DNA of 64,000 bases from Chiloscyllium plagiosum (Eukaryota), in NCBI RefSeq assembly GCF_004010195.1, contig NC_057713.1:102737242-102801241 (forward strand), written 5' to 3'. Of the stretch, positions 1-12,572 are shown one piece after another. The position numbers were made by a program, and so were the translations under genes. Below the pieces are notes generated by a model. That model saw nothing but the letters and a program-made list of their open reading frames with translations, did not search any database and was not told the origin of the DNA. Within the stretch, counting starts at the first letter, position 1. Each line of letters starts with the position of its first letter.

Positions 1-247
1 TTGATATAGTTGTCTTTCTTGACTTCTCTTGTTCTAACTTTCCCTTTAATTTCCTTTTTAAACATCCAGCTTGTCCCTCCCCCCCCGCTACTTAGTTTAA
101 ATGTAGCGGTGTTGCAGTAGAAAACCTGCCTGCCAGAATGCTGGTCCCTAACCTATTAAGGTGCAAGCCGTCTCTCTTGTAGAATTTATGCTTACCACAA
201 AATATACCCCAGTGATCCAAGAACTTAAATCCTTGCTTCCTGCACCA
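1..247 (-). mobile_element. CR1 LINE fragment (end of ORF1 esterase-like region)
   Basis: Minus strand reads WCRKQGFKFLDHWGIFCGKHKFYKRDGLHLNRLGTSILAGRF, typical of the CR1 ORF1 SGNH-esterase C-terminus. Confidence 0.7.
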
Positions 248-676
248 GTTCCCTGCATCAGGGTGGGTTACTCTTCAGAGGGTTGGTGTGGATTTGTTGG
301 GCCAAAGGGTCTTTTACCATACTATAGGGAATCAAATCTAACCTTATCAATATAAGGAGTGATAGGACTGTACCTTGTAGAAAAAAAGAGTCTTGATTTG
401 TAGATTCACCAGGTTGGTACTGCCCTTTTAGGTGCATTTAGTTCTCTTCCTTGCATGCTGTAGCACAATCCTCATTGAACTGGTTTTGATCTATCAGCTT
501 CATGGTAATTACAGATTGAGAAAAATGCCAAAACATCAGATTATATATTAAAGTGAAATGTAATTCTGCTGCTACTGAAAGCCCAAATATTGGCCTATTC
601 CAAATTTATATCAGTTAACACAGTGGTTAACAACAGAGGACAACTAAAAAGGAAATATGCAAAGAAAAAAAATAAG

Positions 677-2543
677 GTACGAAGGGAAACTGGACAAAAA
701 TATAAAGGAGGATAGTAAAGACTTTTTTAGGTAAGTGAAAAGAAAAAAATGGTTAAGACTAAAATTGGGCCCTTGAAGACAGAAACGGGTGAATTTATTA
801 TGGGGAACAAAGAAATTGCAGAAGAATTAAATTGGTACTTTAGATCTGTCTTCACTGGGGAAGACACGAGCAATCTCCTAGACATAAATGTGGCTGAAGG
901 ACCTGAACTGAAGAGAATTTATATTAGGCAGGAAATGGCATTGAAGAGACTGTTAGTCTGAAGGCTGATAAGTCCCCGGGACCTGATGGTCTGCATCCCA
1001 GGGTACTGAAGGAGGTGGCTCTAGAAATCGTGGATGCATTGGTGATCATTTTCCAATGTTCTATAGATTCAGGATCAGTTCATGCAGATTGGAGGGTGGC
1101 TAATGTTGTCCCACTTTTTAAGAAAGGAGGGAGAGAGAAAACAGAGAATTATAGACCAGTTAGTCTGACCTCAGTGGTGGGAAAAATGCTGGAGTCAATT
1201 ATAAAGGATGAGATTACGACACATCTGGATAGCAGTAACAGGATAGGTCAGAGTCAGCATGGAATTATGAAGGGGAAGTCATGCTTGACTAATCTTCTGG
1301 AATTTTTTGAGGATGTAATTCTGAAGATGGACAAGGGAGATCCAGTGGATGTAATATACCTGGACTTTCAGAAAGCCTTTGATAAAGTCCCACATAGGAG
1401 GTTAGTGAGCAAAATTAGGGCACATGGTATTAGGGGCAAAATACTGACATGGATTGAAAATTGATTGGCTGACAGGAAACAAAGAGTAGTGATAAACAGC
1501 TCCCTTTCAGAATGGCGGGTGGTGACCAGTGGTATGCTGCAGGGATCAGCGCTGGGACTGCAGCTTTTTACAATGTACATTAATGATATAGATGAAGGTA
1601 TTAAAAGTAATATTAGCAAATTTGCTGATGACACAAAGCTGGGTGGCAGGGTGAAATCTGAGGAGGCTGTTAGGAGAATACAGGGTGGCCTGGACAGGCT
1701 AGGTGAGTGGACGGATGCATGGCAGATGCAGTTTAATGTGGATAAATGTGTGGTTATCCACTTTGGTGGCAAGAACAGGAAGGCAGATTACTAGCTAAAT
1801 GAAGACAAGTTAGGTAAAGGGGCAGTACAATGAGATCTAGGTGTTCTTGTACATCAGTCAATGAAAGCAAGCATGCAGGTACAGCAGGCAGTGAAGAAAG
1901 CTAATAGCATGCTGGTCTTCATAACAAGAGGAATTGAGTATAGAAGCAAAGAGGTCCTTCTGCAGCTGTACAGGTTCCTGGTGAGACCGCACATGGAATT
2001 TGTGCGCAGATTTGGTCTCCAAATTTGAGGAAAGACATTCTGGCTATTGAGGCAGTGCAGCGTAGGTTCACGAGGTCAATTCCCGGAATGGCGGGACTAT
2101 CTTACGCTGAAAGATTTGAGTGACTAGGTTTGAAAACGCTTGAGTTTAGAAGGCTGAGAAGGGATCTGATTGAGACATATAAGATTATTAAAGGATTGGA
2201 CACTCTGGAGGCAGGAAGCATGTTTCCACTGATGAGCGAGTCCCGAACCAGAGGACACTGTTTAAAAATAAGGGGTAGGCCACTTAGAACAGAGGAGAAA
2301 CTTTTCACCCAGAGAGTGGTGGGTTTATGGAATGCTCTGCCCCAGAAGGCTGTGGAGGCCAAGTCTCTGGATACTTTCAAGAAAGAGTTGGATAGAGCTC
2401 TTAAGGCTAGTGGAATCACGGGTTATGGGGATAAGGCAGGAACAGGATACTGATTGAGGATGATCAGCCATGATCATAATGAATGGCGGTGCTGGCTCGA
2501 AGGGCAGAATGGCCTACTCCTGCACCTATTGTCTATTGTCTAT
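677..2543 (+). mobile_element. CR1 (HER1-like) LINE, 5'-truncated ORF2 reverse transcriptase with stops, intact 3' end
   Basis: ORFs 1015-1464, 1465-1794 and 2130-2453 give RT motifs (NYRPVSLTS, YLDFQKAFDKVPH, KFADDTK). The element ends in a (CTATTGT)n tail. Confidence 0.93.
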
Positions 2544-2831
2544 AAGTAAGGCTCACTGGTCTATAATAACCTGGGTCATCTCTACTGCCCTTCTTGAATA
2601 AGGGCGCAACATTTCCAATCCTCCAGTCCTCTAGTAGTAAACCTGTAGACAATGACAACTCAAATATCAAAGCCACGGGCTCTGCTATCTCCTCCCTAGC
2701 TTCCCAGAGGATCCTCGGATAAATCCCATCTGGCCCAGGCTGATCAGCCATGATCATAATGAATGGCGGTGCTGGCTCGAAGGGCAGAATGGCCTACTCC
2801 TGCACCTATTGTCTATTGTCTATTGTCTATT
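2544..2831. mobile_element. Inverted CR1 RT fragment followed by a duplicate of the preceding element's 3' end
   Basis: 2544-2740 on minus encodes PGPDGIYPRILWEAREEIAEP...YRPVSLT. 2741-2831 repeats 2461-2543. Confidence 0.85.
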
Positions 2832-3699
2832 GGTAGTGCTGACTAATACAACCATGGACATTTTCATTGCAGAAGAGTCTTGGTCACATCAAAGCAATGT
2901 AGTGATCATTAAGTATGTTCAAAGCTGAGATGATAAAATTTAAATCAGTGAAGGAATCAAAGGTTGTGGGGAAAGACAGGAAAGTGGAATTGAGGAATAT
3001 CTGAAAAATGAACCAACTGTTCATTTCTATTCCCTTTTTTATGTCCTTCATATCAAAAGTGTTAGTCACTTCACACAGCATTACAAAATGGCTGACCTCA
3101 ATACATACAGCAAAGGCTGTGAGTCTCAACTTCTATCCAAAACTAGTCCAACTCCTAACCTTGGCATCTACCTGACAGTGTTGAAAATTGCCTAGAAAGA
3201 CATAGCCAGCAGGCACATGGAAGCATCACAACCTGCAAGTTTTCCTCCAAGTCGCATAACACTATTACTTGGAAATGTGTCACCATTCCTTCATTGGCAC
3301 TGCCTAACAACACTATCCATCATTACCATATAATATTTAGTGGTAGGAAAAGGTGGACCATCTCCCTTTTCTCAAGGGAAATCAGGAATGGCAATAGGTA
3401 CTTGCTTTGCAAGTGTCATCCTCACCTGATGAAGGAGTAATTTGAAATAAAATTCTGTGATAATCAATACATCCCTACATCTCTTTATGTGGTGTGGTGT
3501 TATGTTCTGATTTGGCTTTGTAGCTGATGAGTAATTTTAACCAAACTCGTAGAATAAAACATCTACTGAAACAAGTAAAAATTTTGTTTTAAGCCCAGTC
3601 AATTCAAAACCCAGTCAAAAATGAATGGAATATAAATTAAGTGTTTCATCATCCCTTAAATTTTCAAATTGCCAGATTGTTAAAAAACAACCATGACAT

Positions 3700-5035
3700 T
3701 TTTGGTAAAGGTGATCAATATTCAGTACTTATGGAGATGACGTCCTCCTTCATATTGAGAATACCATCCATCATATTGTGTGGCTCTATCACCATGCTAA
3801 ATGGGACAGACACCAAACAGATCTGGCAACTCAAGACTGGGCATTTATGAGGTGCTGTGGTGCATCAATAGCAGCAGAATTGTACCCCAGCATAATCTGC
3901 AAGCTAATGGCCTGGCATGTTCCCCACTCAATCATTATGACCAAGTCAGGGGATGAATCGTTGTTTAATGGAGAGTGCAGGAGGGCATGTCAGGAGCAAC
4001 ATCAGGCATACCTAAAATTGAGATGCCAGTCTGGTGAAGCTACCAACAGGATTTCTTGCATACAAAACAGCATAAGCATTAAGTGATAGCCAGAGCTAAA
4101 TGATCCCATATGCACAGGGTCAGATCTAAGTTCTCACAGGATCAGATCTAAGTTCTGCAGTCTTGCCACATCCAATCATGCATGGTCATGGACAATTAAA
4201 CTCACTGGAGGAGGCTCCACAAATTTCCCCAGCCTCAATGATGGAAAAGCCCAACACTCAAGTGCAACAGATAAAGCTGAAGAATATGCAGCAACTTTTA
4301 GCCAGAAGTATTGAATGGATGATCCATCTTGGCCTCCTCTAGTAGTCCCCAGTATCACAGATACCAGCTTTCAGCACTCACTCCACATGCTATCAAAAAA
4401 CAATTGAAGAGATTGGATAAGGCAAAGGCTATTGCCGCTGACAACATTCCAGCAATATTATTAAAGACCTGTGCTCCAGAACTTGCTGCTGTCCTAGCCA
4501 AGCTCTTCCAATACAGTTACAACACTGGCATCTACCCGACAATGTGGAAAATTACACGGGTTTGTCCTGAACACAAATCTAACATGGCCAGCATTCAAGA
4601 AGTTTGACACCATCCAGATCAAAAGAGCCCACTTGTTAGGCACCACTCCACAAGCATCTACTCCCTCCACTACCAACACTCAGTATTAGCAGTGTATTAT
4701 ATACAAAATACACTGCAGAAATTCACCAAAGAATCTAAGACAGCACCTTCTAAACTAGACTTCTTCCATCTAGAATGACAAGGGCAGCAGATGCATGTTC
4801 CCATCCAGCCTACTCACCAGCCTGACTTGGAAGTATATCACTGCTCCTTCACTGTCACTGGGTCAAAATTCTGGAATTCCCTTCCTATAAGTGCATTATG
4901 GGTCAACTTACAGCATTTGGACTAGAGCAGTTCTAGAAGACAGCTCACCACTACCTTCTCAAGCAAACTAAGGATGGGCAACAAACATTGGCCAGCCAGC
5001 AAAACCCATGTCCCATGAGTGAAGAAATAAAAAAA
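3700..5035 (+). mobile_element. Old CR1/L2-group LINE, degenerate ORF2 and 3' tail
   Basis: ORF 4329-4607 reads KAIAADNIPAILLKTCAPELAAVLAKLFQYSYNTGIYPTMWK. The 3' tail GGATGGGCAACAAA...CCCATGAGTGAAGAAATAAAAAA is shared with the SINEs at 46.1 and 52.8 kb. Confidence 0.8.
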
Positions 5036-5399
5036 CTTGGCTGCTTTTTTTTGTGATTTATGGGCAAGGATTCCCAAATCCATCTGTTCCATAGCTTTCT
5101 GCAGTCTTTCTATGTTTAAATAATATTCAACTCCTCTATTCTTGCCAACATATATAATCTCATTTTCTGAAATCATATTTCATCTCTTAAGTCTTTGCCC
5201 ACTTGTTTAACTTGTCTATGCAGATGCTTTATGTCATCCTCACCACTTGCCTTCTCATTTATTATGATGCAGTAAATTTGGAGCCACTGAACCATCAGGT
5301 CCTTTCATGGAACTTAAATGAATATTAGATTGACAGTCATAATCCACGAACATAATGTTGTGGCCTCTGAAGAGTAGTGAAGGTTATGCCAGACTGTAT

Positions 5400-8313
5400 G
5401 ACACAAAGCCCACAAACAGCACAGCTCCCCAGGCATTCCTGCCCTTGATCACAGAAGTTTTAACCAACAGCACATGAGAGAGGTTGGACCAGCCATCATC
5501 TCCTAAAGAGCTGACCAAGGCCCTCAAATCCTTTGAAAAGAATAAATGTTCCAGAAGTGGTAGCTTAACAGATGAGATGGATTCAGCTCTGTGGGACTTT
5601 GATCAGGACCTGCTGGAGGTATACGAGAAGATGATTATGGCACTCATGGGACATGGGTTTTGCTAATCCATAAGGAAAGGTATCATCACGATCATCTACA
5701 AGCAGAAGGGGAAAGGAAGGAAATTAGAAGTTGGTAACCAATTTCTCTGTTGAATGTGGATGATAAAATCCTGTTTAAGGTCATCGCCAATCAGGTCAGA
5801 TCTGCTCAGGGATGAGTGATTCATCCTAACTGAACCTGTGCTATACCAGACAAGAAGATCTCTGAGAGCATTGTGCTCCTCAGAGATACAATCAGCTACA
5901 TACAGGACACAAGCATTTGCTTCATTGCTCTGGACCAGGAGAAGGCCTTTAACTGGATATTACACACCTACATGAGGAATGTGATCTCCAAATAGGCTTT
6001 GTAGAGGGAATCTGCAATTCATCTGACTGCTCTACACACCATTTTTAGTGCAGTCTTAATCCATGGGTGGGAATCAGAAAGCTTCCTGATCAGATCTGGA
6101 GAGAGGCTGGGCAGCCCACTCTCTGGTTCCTTGTTTGTATATTGTATAGAGCTTTGCTGAGTCCATAAGGAAAGATGCAAGCTTGAGAGGCGTGTCTATC
6201 CCAAGCAATGAAGGCCTGTAAATCAGAGCCTCCCCGTACATGGTTGATGTTGCCATTTTCTGCACAGATCCACTATTAGTGCACAGACTCATGAGCATCT
6301 GTGATGAGTTCAACTGGCCTTGGGAACTAGGATAAATTAAGGCAAGAGCAAGTCCATGTTCTTTGTAAGCTGGGTCGACCGATCCTTTTACCCGTCACTG
6401 TGAGGATAGATTACCTGAATGTGCTCGGAATATGGTTTAGAGAGGCTGTAACATGTGAAAATATTTGTGAGAAGTGAACCACCAAGATGAGGCAGAAACT
6501 GGGCAGATGAGAGCACTATTCCCTCATCACTGTGAATTAAAACCTAGTCATCAGGAATGAAGTACTCTTCGTATTGTTGCATGTGATACATGTTAATATA
6601 TGTAGGTCTAGCCTATTCCCTGAGCCTGCACCACTGCAGTCACCCGAGCCATCTTCCACTTCATCTGGACACTAAGGTCTAGGTAAGGAGGGGAAGGATG
6701 TACCTAATACAAACTTCATCCTGACAGCCAACTTTGTGTGTGGCTGCATAAAGTTGCATGTGGACCTGGTCCTGCATAACCAAGTGTTATTACATACTGA
6801 GGTTCTATCTATTCCCAGTGCTGGAGGGTGGGCCTGGCCTCGTTGCCATGAAACACCCTAAGTAGTTTGAATCACAAACTATCCACTGCTTTTTGTCATT
6901 TGTATAAATGATTTCGATGTGAACATAGGAGATATGGTTGGTAAGTTTGCAGACGACACCAAAATTGGAGGCATGGGAGACAGCAAAGAAGGTTAACTCA
7001 GAGTACAACTGAATCAGATGGGCCAATAGACTGAGATGGAGTTTTGTTTCGATAAATGTGAGGTGCTGCATTTTGGAGGGCAGAAATATAGTTCTTTGAA
7101 AGTGGAGTCTCATGTAGATAGGATAGTGAAGAAGGTGTTTGGTATGCTTGCCTTTATTGGTCAGTGTATTGAGTATAGGATTTGGAAGGTCATGTTGCGG
7201 CTGTACAAAACATTGGTTAGGCCACTTTTGGAATACTGTGTGCAATTCTGGTCTCCCTGCTATAAGAAGGATGTTATGAAGCTTGAAAGGGACCAGAATA
7301 GATTTACAAAGATGTTGCCAGGGTTGGAAGTTTTGAGCTACAGGGAGAGGCTGAATAGGCTGGGGTTATTTTCCCTGCAGGGTTATAGGCTGAAGGGTGA
7401 ACTTATAGAGGTTTATAAAATCATGAGGGGCATAGATAGGATAATAGACAAGGACTTTTCCTGGGGTGGGGGAGTCCAGAACTGGAAGACATAGATTTAA
7501 AGTGAGAGGGTGAAGATTTAAAAGGGACCTAAGAGATAACTTTTTCATGCAGAGAGTAGTTTGTGCATGCAATGAGCTGCCAGAGGAAGTAGTGAGGGCT
7601 GGTATAATCACAAAGATTAAAAGGCGTCTGAATGGTGTATGAATATGAGAGGTTTAGAAGGATATGTGCAAAATGCTAGCAGATGGGTTTGGATTAATTT
7701 ATGATGTCTGGTAGACATGAATGAGTTAGACTGAAGGGTCTGTTTCCATGTTACATACGTCTATGGCGGTAGTTGAACTGTTCTGCATCACCTGTCCCTC
7801 ATAGAAAAGTTTGACTAAAGCTTTGACTAAAAGTCTATCAGGCAGTGTTCAGCATGTAGTGTCCTTGACACCCGTAGGGTAAAGGAGAAGGTTGATTCTG
7901 TTGGATGGTTACCTGAGCAGACTGCCAAAATTGTTTGGCAGAATGACTCATTGTGTAAACTTTCCAAAGTGTTGTTTGGCTGGTGGTGAGAAGGGCATTG
8001 CCCCTCAAAACCTTCATGACTCTGGCCACCACCACACACTGTCCTTAAAGCAACTGGGGAAGTGGGAAGCAATTGGAGACTGTCACACATCTGTTTCAGG
8101 AATGTCCATTTGCAAAGAAGGGCTAGAGAGACATGCAATGGTTTATTTTGCTGAGATAGGTCCTGAACAGCTCCATGATGCAGAACTCTGTGCTCTACCA
8201 GCTGTTTCCCAGGATGCACACAGAGACAAACATCAACTGCTCTTGGAGGACCATCAACTCCATGAAAGACGCTCTTTGGTCAACCTGAAACTTGTTGGTT
8301 TTGACTGAGTGTT
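5400..8313 (+). mobile_element. Tx1/L1-clade LINE relic, interrupted by a CR1 insertion (6880-7765)
   Basis: ELTKALKSFEKNKC, LDQEKAFN and YMVDVAIF-like RT motifs with many stops. The sequence resumes after the CR1 inserts (7766-8313 and ~9597-9640). Confidence 0.7.
6880..7765 (+). mobile_element. CR1 LINE 3' fragment
   Basis: ORF 7036-7494 (LYKTLVRPLLEYCVQFWSP...RLNRLGLFSL) plus a CR1 3' UTR. Confidence 0.9.
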
Positions 8314-9596
8314 AGAACATAGAACATAGAAGAATACAGCGCAGTACAGGCCCTTTGGCCCTCGATGTTGCGCCGATCCAAGCCCACCTAACCTATACTA
8401 ACCCACTATCCTCCATATACCTATCCAATGCCCGCTTAAATGCCCATAAAGAGGGAGAGTCCACCACTGCTACTGGCAGGGCATTCCATGAACTTACGAC
8501 TCGCTGAGTGAAGAACCTACCCCTAACTTCAGTCCTATATCAACCCCNNNNNNNNNNNNNNNNNNNNNNNNNNNNNNNNNNNNNNNNNNNNNNNNNNNNN
8601 NNNNNNNNNNNNNNNNNNNNNNNNNNNNNNNNNNNNNNNNNNNNNNNNNNNNNNNNNNNNNNNNNNNNNNNNNNNNNNNNNNNNNNNNNNNNNNNNNNNN
8701 NNNNNNNNNNNNNNNNNNNNNNNNNNNNNNNNNNNNNNNNNNNNNNNNNNNNNNNNNNNNNNNNNNNNNNNNNNNNNNNNNNNNNNNNNNNNNNNNNNNN
8801 NNNNNNNNNNNNNNNNNNNNNNNNNNNNNNNNNNNNNNNNNNNNNNNNNNNNNNNNNNNNNNNNNNNNNNNNNNNNNNNNNNNNNNNNNNNNNNNNNNNN
8901 NNNNNNNNNNNNNNNNNNNNNNNNNNNNNNNNNNNNNNNNNNNNNNNNNNNNNNNNNNNNNNNNNNNNNNNNNNNNNNNNNNNNNNNNNNNNNNNNNNNN
9001 NNNNNNNNNNNNNNNNNNNNNNNNNNNNNNNNNNNNNNNNNNNNNNNNNNNNNNNNNNNNNNNNNNNNNNNNNNNNNNNNNNNNNNNNNNNNNNNNNNNN
9101 NNNNNNNNNNNNNNNNNNNNNNNNNNNNNNNNNNNNNNNNNNNNNNNNNNNNNNNNNNNNNNNNNNNNNNNNNNNNNNNNNNNNNCCTACTATGGGGAAC
9201 CTTATCAAACGCCTTACTAAAATCCATATATACCACATCTACCGCTTTCCCCTCATCAACCTCCTTCATCACCTTTTCAAAGAATTCAATAAGGTTTGTG
9301 AGGCACGACCTGCCCTTCACAAAACCATGCTGACTATCCTTGATCACATTATTCCTATCCAGATGTGCATAAATCCTACCCCTTACAATTCTCTCTAAGA
9401 CTTTGCCCACAACAGAAGTGAGACTCACCGGCCTATAGTTACTAGGGTTATCCCTACTCCCCTTTTTGAACAAGGGAACCACATTTGCTATCCTCCAGTC
9501 TTCTGGCACTACTCCTGTAGACAAAGAGGACATAAAAATCAAGGCCAATGGCTCTGCAATCTCCTCCCTTGCTTCCCAGAGAATCCTAGGATAAAT
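8314..9596 (-). mobile_element. Young CR1 LINE spanning the assembly gap
   Basis: (GTTCTAT)n tail at ~8314. Uninterrupted RT peptide on minus (NYRPVSLTS...YMDFSKAFDKVPH) at 9186-9596. Confidence 0.9.
8548..9185. other. Assembly gap (638 N)
   Basis: Run of n characters. Confidence 1.
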
Positions 9597-9741
9597 ATGT
9601 TGTAGACTGAATATTTCAAGGTCCACAACTACATGCTAAAGCTTAGTCACCAATGCACAGTGAAAATATATCTCTGTTTCAGATTGTTCTGCCAAAGTAT
9701 AACAGGGATCTGTTCAGTTCTCAGACTCCCATTGCCTCAAA

Positions 9742-10046
9742 CTCAGTGGTTAGCACTGCTGTCTCACAACACCAGATTCCTAGATTCAATTCCAGCCTAG
9801 GGAAACTGTCTGTGTGGAGTTTGCACATCCCCCCCGTGTTTGCATGGGTTTCTTCTGGGTGCTCTGGTTTCCTCCCACAATTCAAAGATGTGCAGGTCAG
9901 GTGAATTGGCTAGGCTAAATTGCCCATAGTGTTAGCTGCATTAGTCAGAGGAGAATGGGACTAGGTGGGTTACTCTTCGGCGGGTCAGTGTGGACCTGTT
10001 GGGCCAAAGGGCCTGTTTCTGCACTTTAGGTAATCTAACCATCTAA
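9742..10046 (+). mobile_element. tRNA-derived V-SINE (HE1-like)
   Basis: CAGTGGTTAGCACTGCT head, GGAGTTTGCAC...GGTTTCCTCCCACA core, CR1-like tail. Confidence 0.88.
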
Positions 10047-10287
10047 ACAAAATACATGGAAATATTTTCCTACATGAGTTAAAAATGCCTTGCTCTTTGG
10101 GCAGTCAAATTCCAATATGTCCTCTGTTTTGTTTTCTGTCTCAAAGACTGCATGGAAAGGATTGAGATGTATATGTACTGATAGGGAAAAGTTTCTTTTA
10201 TGATTAAAGTATATTTTTGCAATGAAGAAAGAAACCTATCTCTAAAGTTGATTCTCAACTTGATTCAAATACAAATCTTCATTCCCC

Positions 10288-11222
10288 ACTTCCAGGCACC
10301 TACCACCCTCTGTGTAAAATACTTTCTGCATATATTCCCCTTAAACTTTTCATCTCCACCTTGAAAACATGACCTCTCATTATTGAATCCCTCACCCTGG
10401 AAGAAAAGCTTATCTCTATCTATCCTGTTTATACCCTTCATGATTTTGTAGACCTCAGTCAGGTCCCCCCTCAATCTCCTTTTTTTTTCTAATGAAAACA
10501 GTCCTAACCTACTGAACCTCTCTTCATAGCTAGCACCTTTCATACAAGGCAACATCCTTGTAAACCTTCTCTGCACTCTCTCCAAAGCTTTCACATCCTT
10601 TTGGTAACGTGGTGACCAAGACTGTACACAGTATTCTAAATGCTGCCGAACTAATGTCTTGAACAATTTCAACATGATCTTCCAGCTCTTATACTCAATA
10701 CCCCATCCGATGAGGCAAGCATACCATATGCCTTCTTGACCACTCTATCAACCTGTGCAGCCACCTTCAGGATACAATGGACCTGAACTCCCAGGTCTCT
10801 CTGTCATCAACTTTTCCCAAGGCTCTTCCGTTTACAGTATAGTTTGCTCTAGAATTAGACTTCCCAAAATGCATCACCTCACATTTGCCTGGATGGAACT
10901 CCATCTGCCATTTCTCCACCCAACTCTCCAGTCTATATTCTCCTGTATTCTTTGATAGTCCCCTATGTTTTCTGCTTCTCCATCAACCTTCATGTCATCT
11001 GCAAACTTACTGATCAGACTAGCAATGCCCTCTTCCAGATCATTTATGTATATCACAAACAACAGTGGCGCCAGCACTGACCCCTGTGGAAAACCACTGC
11101 TCACTTTCTCCATTTCGAGAAACTCCTTTCAACTAGTACTCTCTGTCTCCAGTTCTTTATCCGCCTCGCTAGAACACCCTGCACACCATGTGACTTCACT
11201 TTCTCCATTAGTTTACCATGAG
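10288..11222 (-). mobile_element. CR1 LINE fragment
   Basis: ORFs 10874-11113 (PQGSVLAPLLF, KFADD) and 10265-10675 (LEYCVQSWSP). Confidence 0.9.
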
Positions 11223-11450
11223 TGACATTGGAACTGATGCAAGTGTGAGACTGGGGAGACATAAGCCCTCAAAATGCATTCAGTGACAGCTGTGTCTGGG
11301 GGATTGTAGGTCGGATTCAGTCTCTGTATCACTGAAGCTAGACCAGTTAAGGTAGACAAACTGTTTTATATTGGGTGTACCCACTTTGGCCAGTGTGGTT
11401 ACTGTTAAAGGGTTGGAGACGCTGCTGGTGAATAATCAGAGCGAGTGATA

Positions 11451-11478
11451 GGTTATTGTCAGGGGGTGTAACATAGTG
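11451..11478 (+). promoter_or_regulatory. 12-RSS of J1
   Basis: Nonamer GGTTATTGT (11451-59), exact 12-bp spacer, heptamer CATAGTG (11472-78). Confidence 0.9.
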
Positions 11479-11534
11479 CTACAGCAGTGCTTACGTGAAA
11501 ATTTTCGGCGCTGGAACGAAACTCTTTGTCACAG
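11479..11534 (+). CDS. TRGJ: TCR gamma J segment 1 (YSSAYVKIFGAGTKLFVT)
   Basis: FGxG motif, gamma-type KIFG, preceded by a 12-RSS, phase-1 donor G|GTGAGA. Confidence 0.95.
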
Positions 11535-11667
11535 GTGAGACTTCGATGTATTGCAGTAACAGTGGAGATGTGCTGAGTAACCGGATTATGGCTTTTAGAA
11601 GAGCGGGCGATATTTTCTGATCTCTGCAGGTTTAGTTCCTTTGGGAGAGAGTCTATGCGTCTGAGTT

Positions 11668-11695
11668 GGTTATTGTAATATAATATAACACAGTG
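11668..11695 (+). promoter_or_regulatory. 12-RSS of J2
   Basis: GGTTATTGT (11668-76), 12 bp, CACAGTG (11689-95). Confidence 0.92.
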
Positions 11696-11752
11696 CCACC
11701 TCTGGAGCATGGAGAAAAATATTCGGCTCTGGGACTCGGCTCATTGTAACTG
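11696..11752 (+). CDS. TRGJ: TCR gamma J segment 2 (TSGAWRKIFGSGTRLIVT)
   Basis: W-x-K-I-F-G-S-G-T as in mammalian TRGJ. 12-RSS and donor G|GTAAGA. Confidence 0.95.
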
Positions 11753-11972
11753 GTAAGAGGTGTGAGTGCGGTGAAGTGTTCAATAGGGTTCGGAGAGATT
11801 TATTCACAAAAATAACGTCTGGTGTGGCGGTCAGTCTGTACAATATTTGTTGGGGGTGTGGCTGGCCACGGTGCCAGTTTCTCGTGGTTGTTGGAGGAGA
11901 TTGGCACCAAAGCCCTATCTCCCGTTCAGTGTTTCCCCGAATAAGTCAGCCTCAGGATATAGGCGGTGGCCG

Positions 11973-12000
11973 GGTTTTTGTATAGTAGCATATCACAGTG
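11973..12000 (+). promoter_or_regulatory. 12-RSS of J3
   Basis: Consensus nonamer GGTTTTTGT (11973-81), 12 bp, CACAGTG (11994-12000). Confidence 0.95.
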
Positions 12001-12047
12001 GTGAGGGGTAAAGGTCTTCGGAACTGGGACTAAACTGATAGTTACAG
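12001..12047 (+). CDS. TRGJ: TCR gamma J segment 3 (*GVKVFGTGTKLIVT; in-frame TGA at 12002-12004)
   Basis: KVFGTGTKLIVT, consensus-nonamer RSS, donor G|GTGAGT. The first full codon in frame is TGA. Confidence 0.92.
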
Positions 12048-12544
12048 GTGAGTGGACAATGGTTAAGGAGTGATAGCGCCGCGAAACTCGCTCCAGGTTG
12101 ATACCGAGAAGGTCTGGGTCACTTGGGTCAAAGGTTTCTGGACTCCAGCTTTATAACGGATTCGGGGGTGCTGAGTGCATGGCCCCGGGCACCTAACGTT
12201 GCCAATATTAAAATTGATCATTCAGTAACACCGCGAAATGTATAATGTAGTATTGTGGCCAAGATGACACCAACAAGATCCCTGCCTGTCTGTTATAGGA
12301 ACTCCGCGCTAATCTGGATCTACCACTTAAATTGTGTTTGCAGAATTTTCCGATTGCTACAGTAACTCTGAAAACCCTGTCATGTTTAATGAGGGAAATA
12401 TCTAACGGTCAATTAAATAAAGCCGTGGAAACAGTAACAATTCATAGATCCAATGATACTAATGCAGATGGGTAATAGCACAAGAGTTACAGTAAGTGAA
12501 CTGAGACAGTAGTCCTTAAAAGCGGCAGTAATATTCACCGCTGC

Positions 12545-12572
12545 AGATTTTGTACGGTACTCTGTCGCTGTG
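12545..12572 (+). promoter_or_regulatory. Variant 12-RSS of J4
   Basis: AGATTTTGT (12545-53), 12 bp, CGCTGTG (12566-72). The essential GTG next to the coding end is retained. Confidence 0.75.

Noticed and set aside
8508-9626. Long ORFs of 232-363 aa
   Set aside because: Artefacts of translating through the N gap inside a CR1 element.
9656-9694. CACAGTG as a possible V-segment 23-RSS
   Set aside because: No nonamer at 12 or 23 bp and no V-domain (YYC) coding sequence upstream. No V genes were found in 1-11400.
11361-11446. RSS-like CTGTTTTAT-12-CACTTTG upstream of J1
   Set aside because: The essential GTG is mutated, with no FGxG motif and no GT donor. At best an unrecognisable relic.
11843-11930. 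Heptamer-like CACGGTG between J2 and J3
   Set aside because: The nearest nonamer-like sequence is 16 bp away and there is no J motif.
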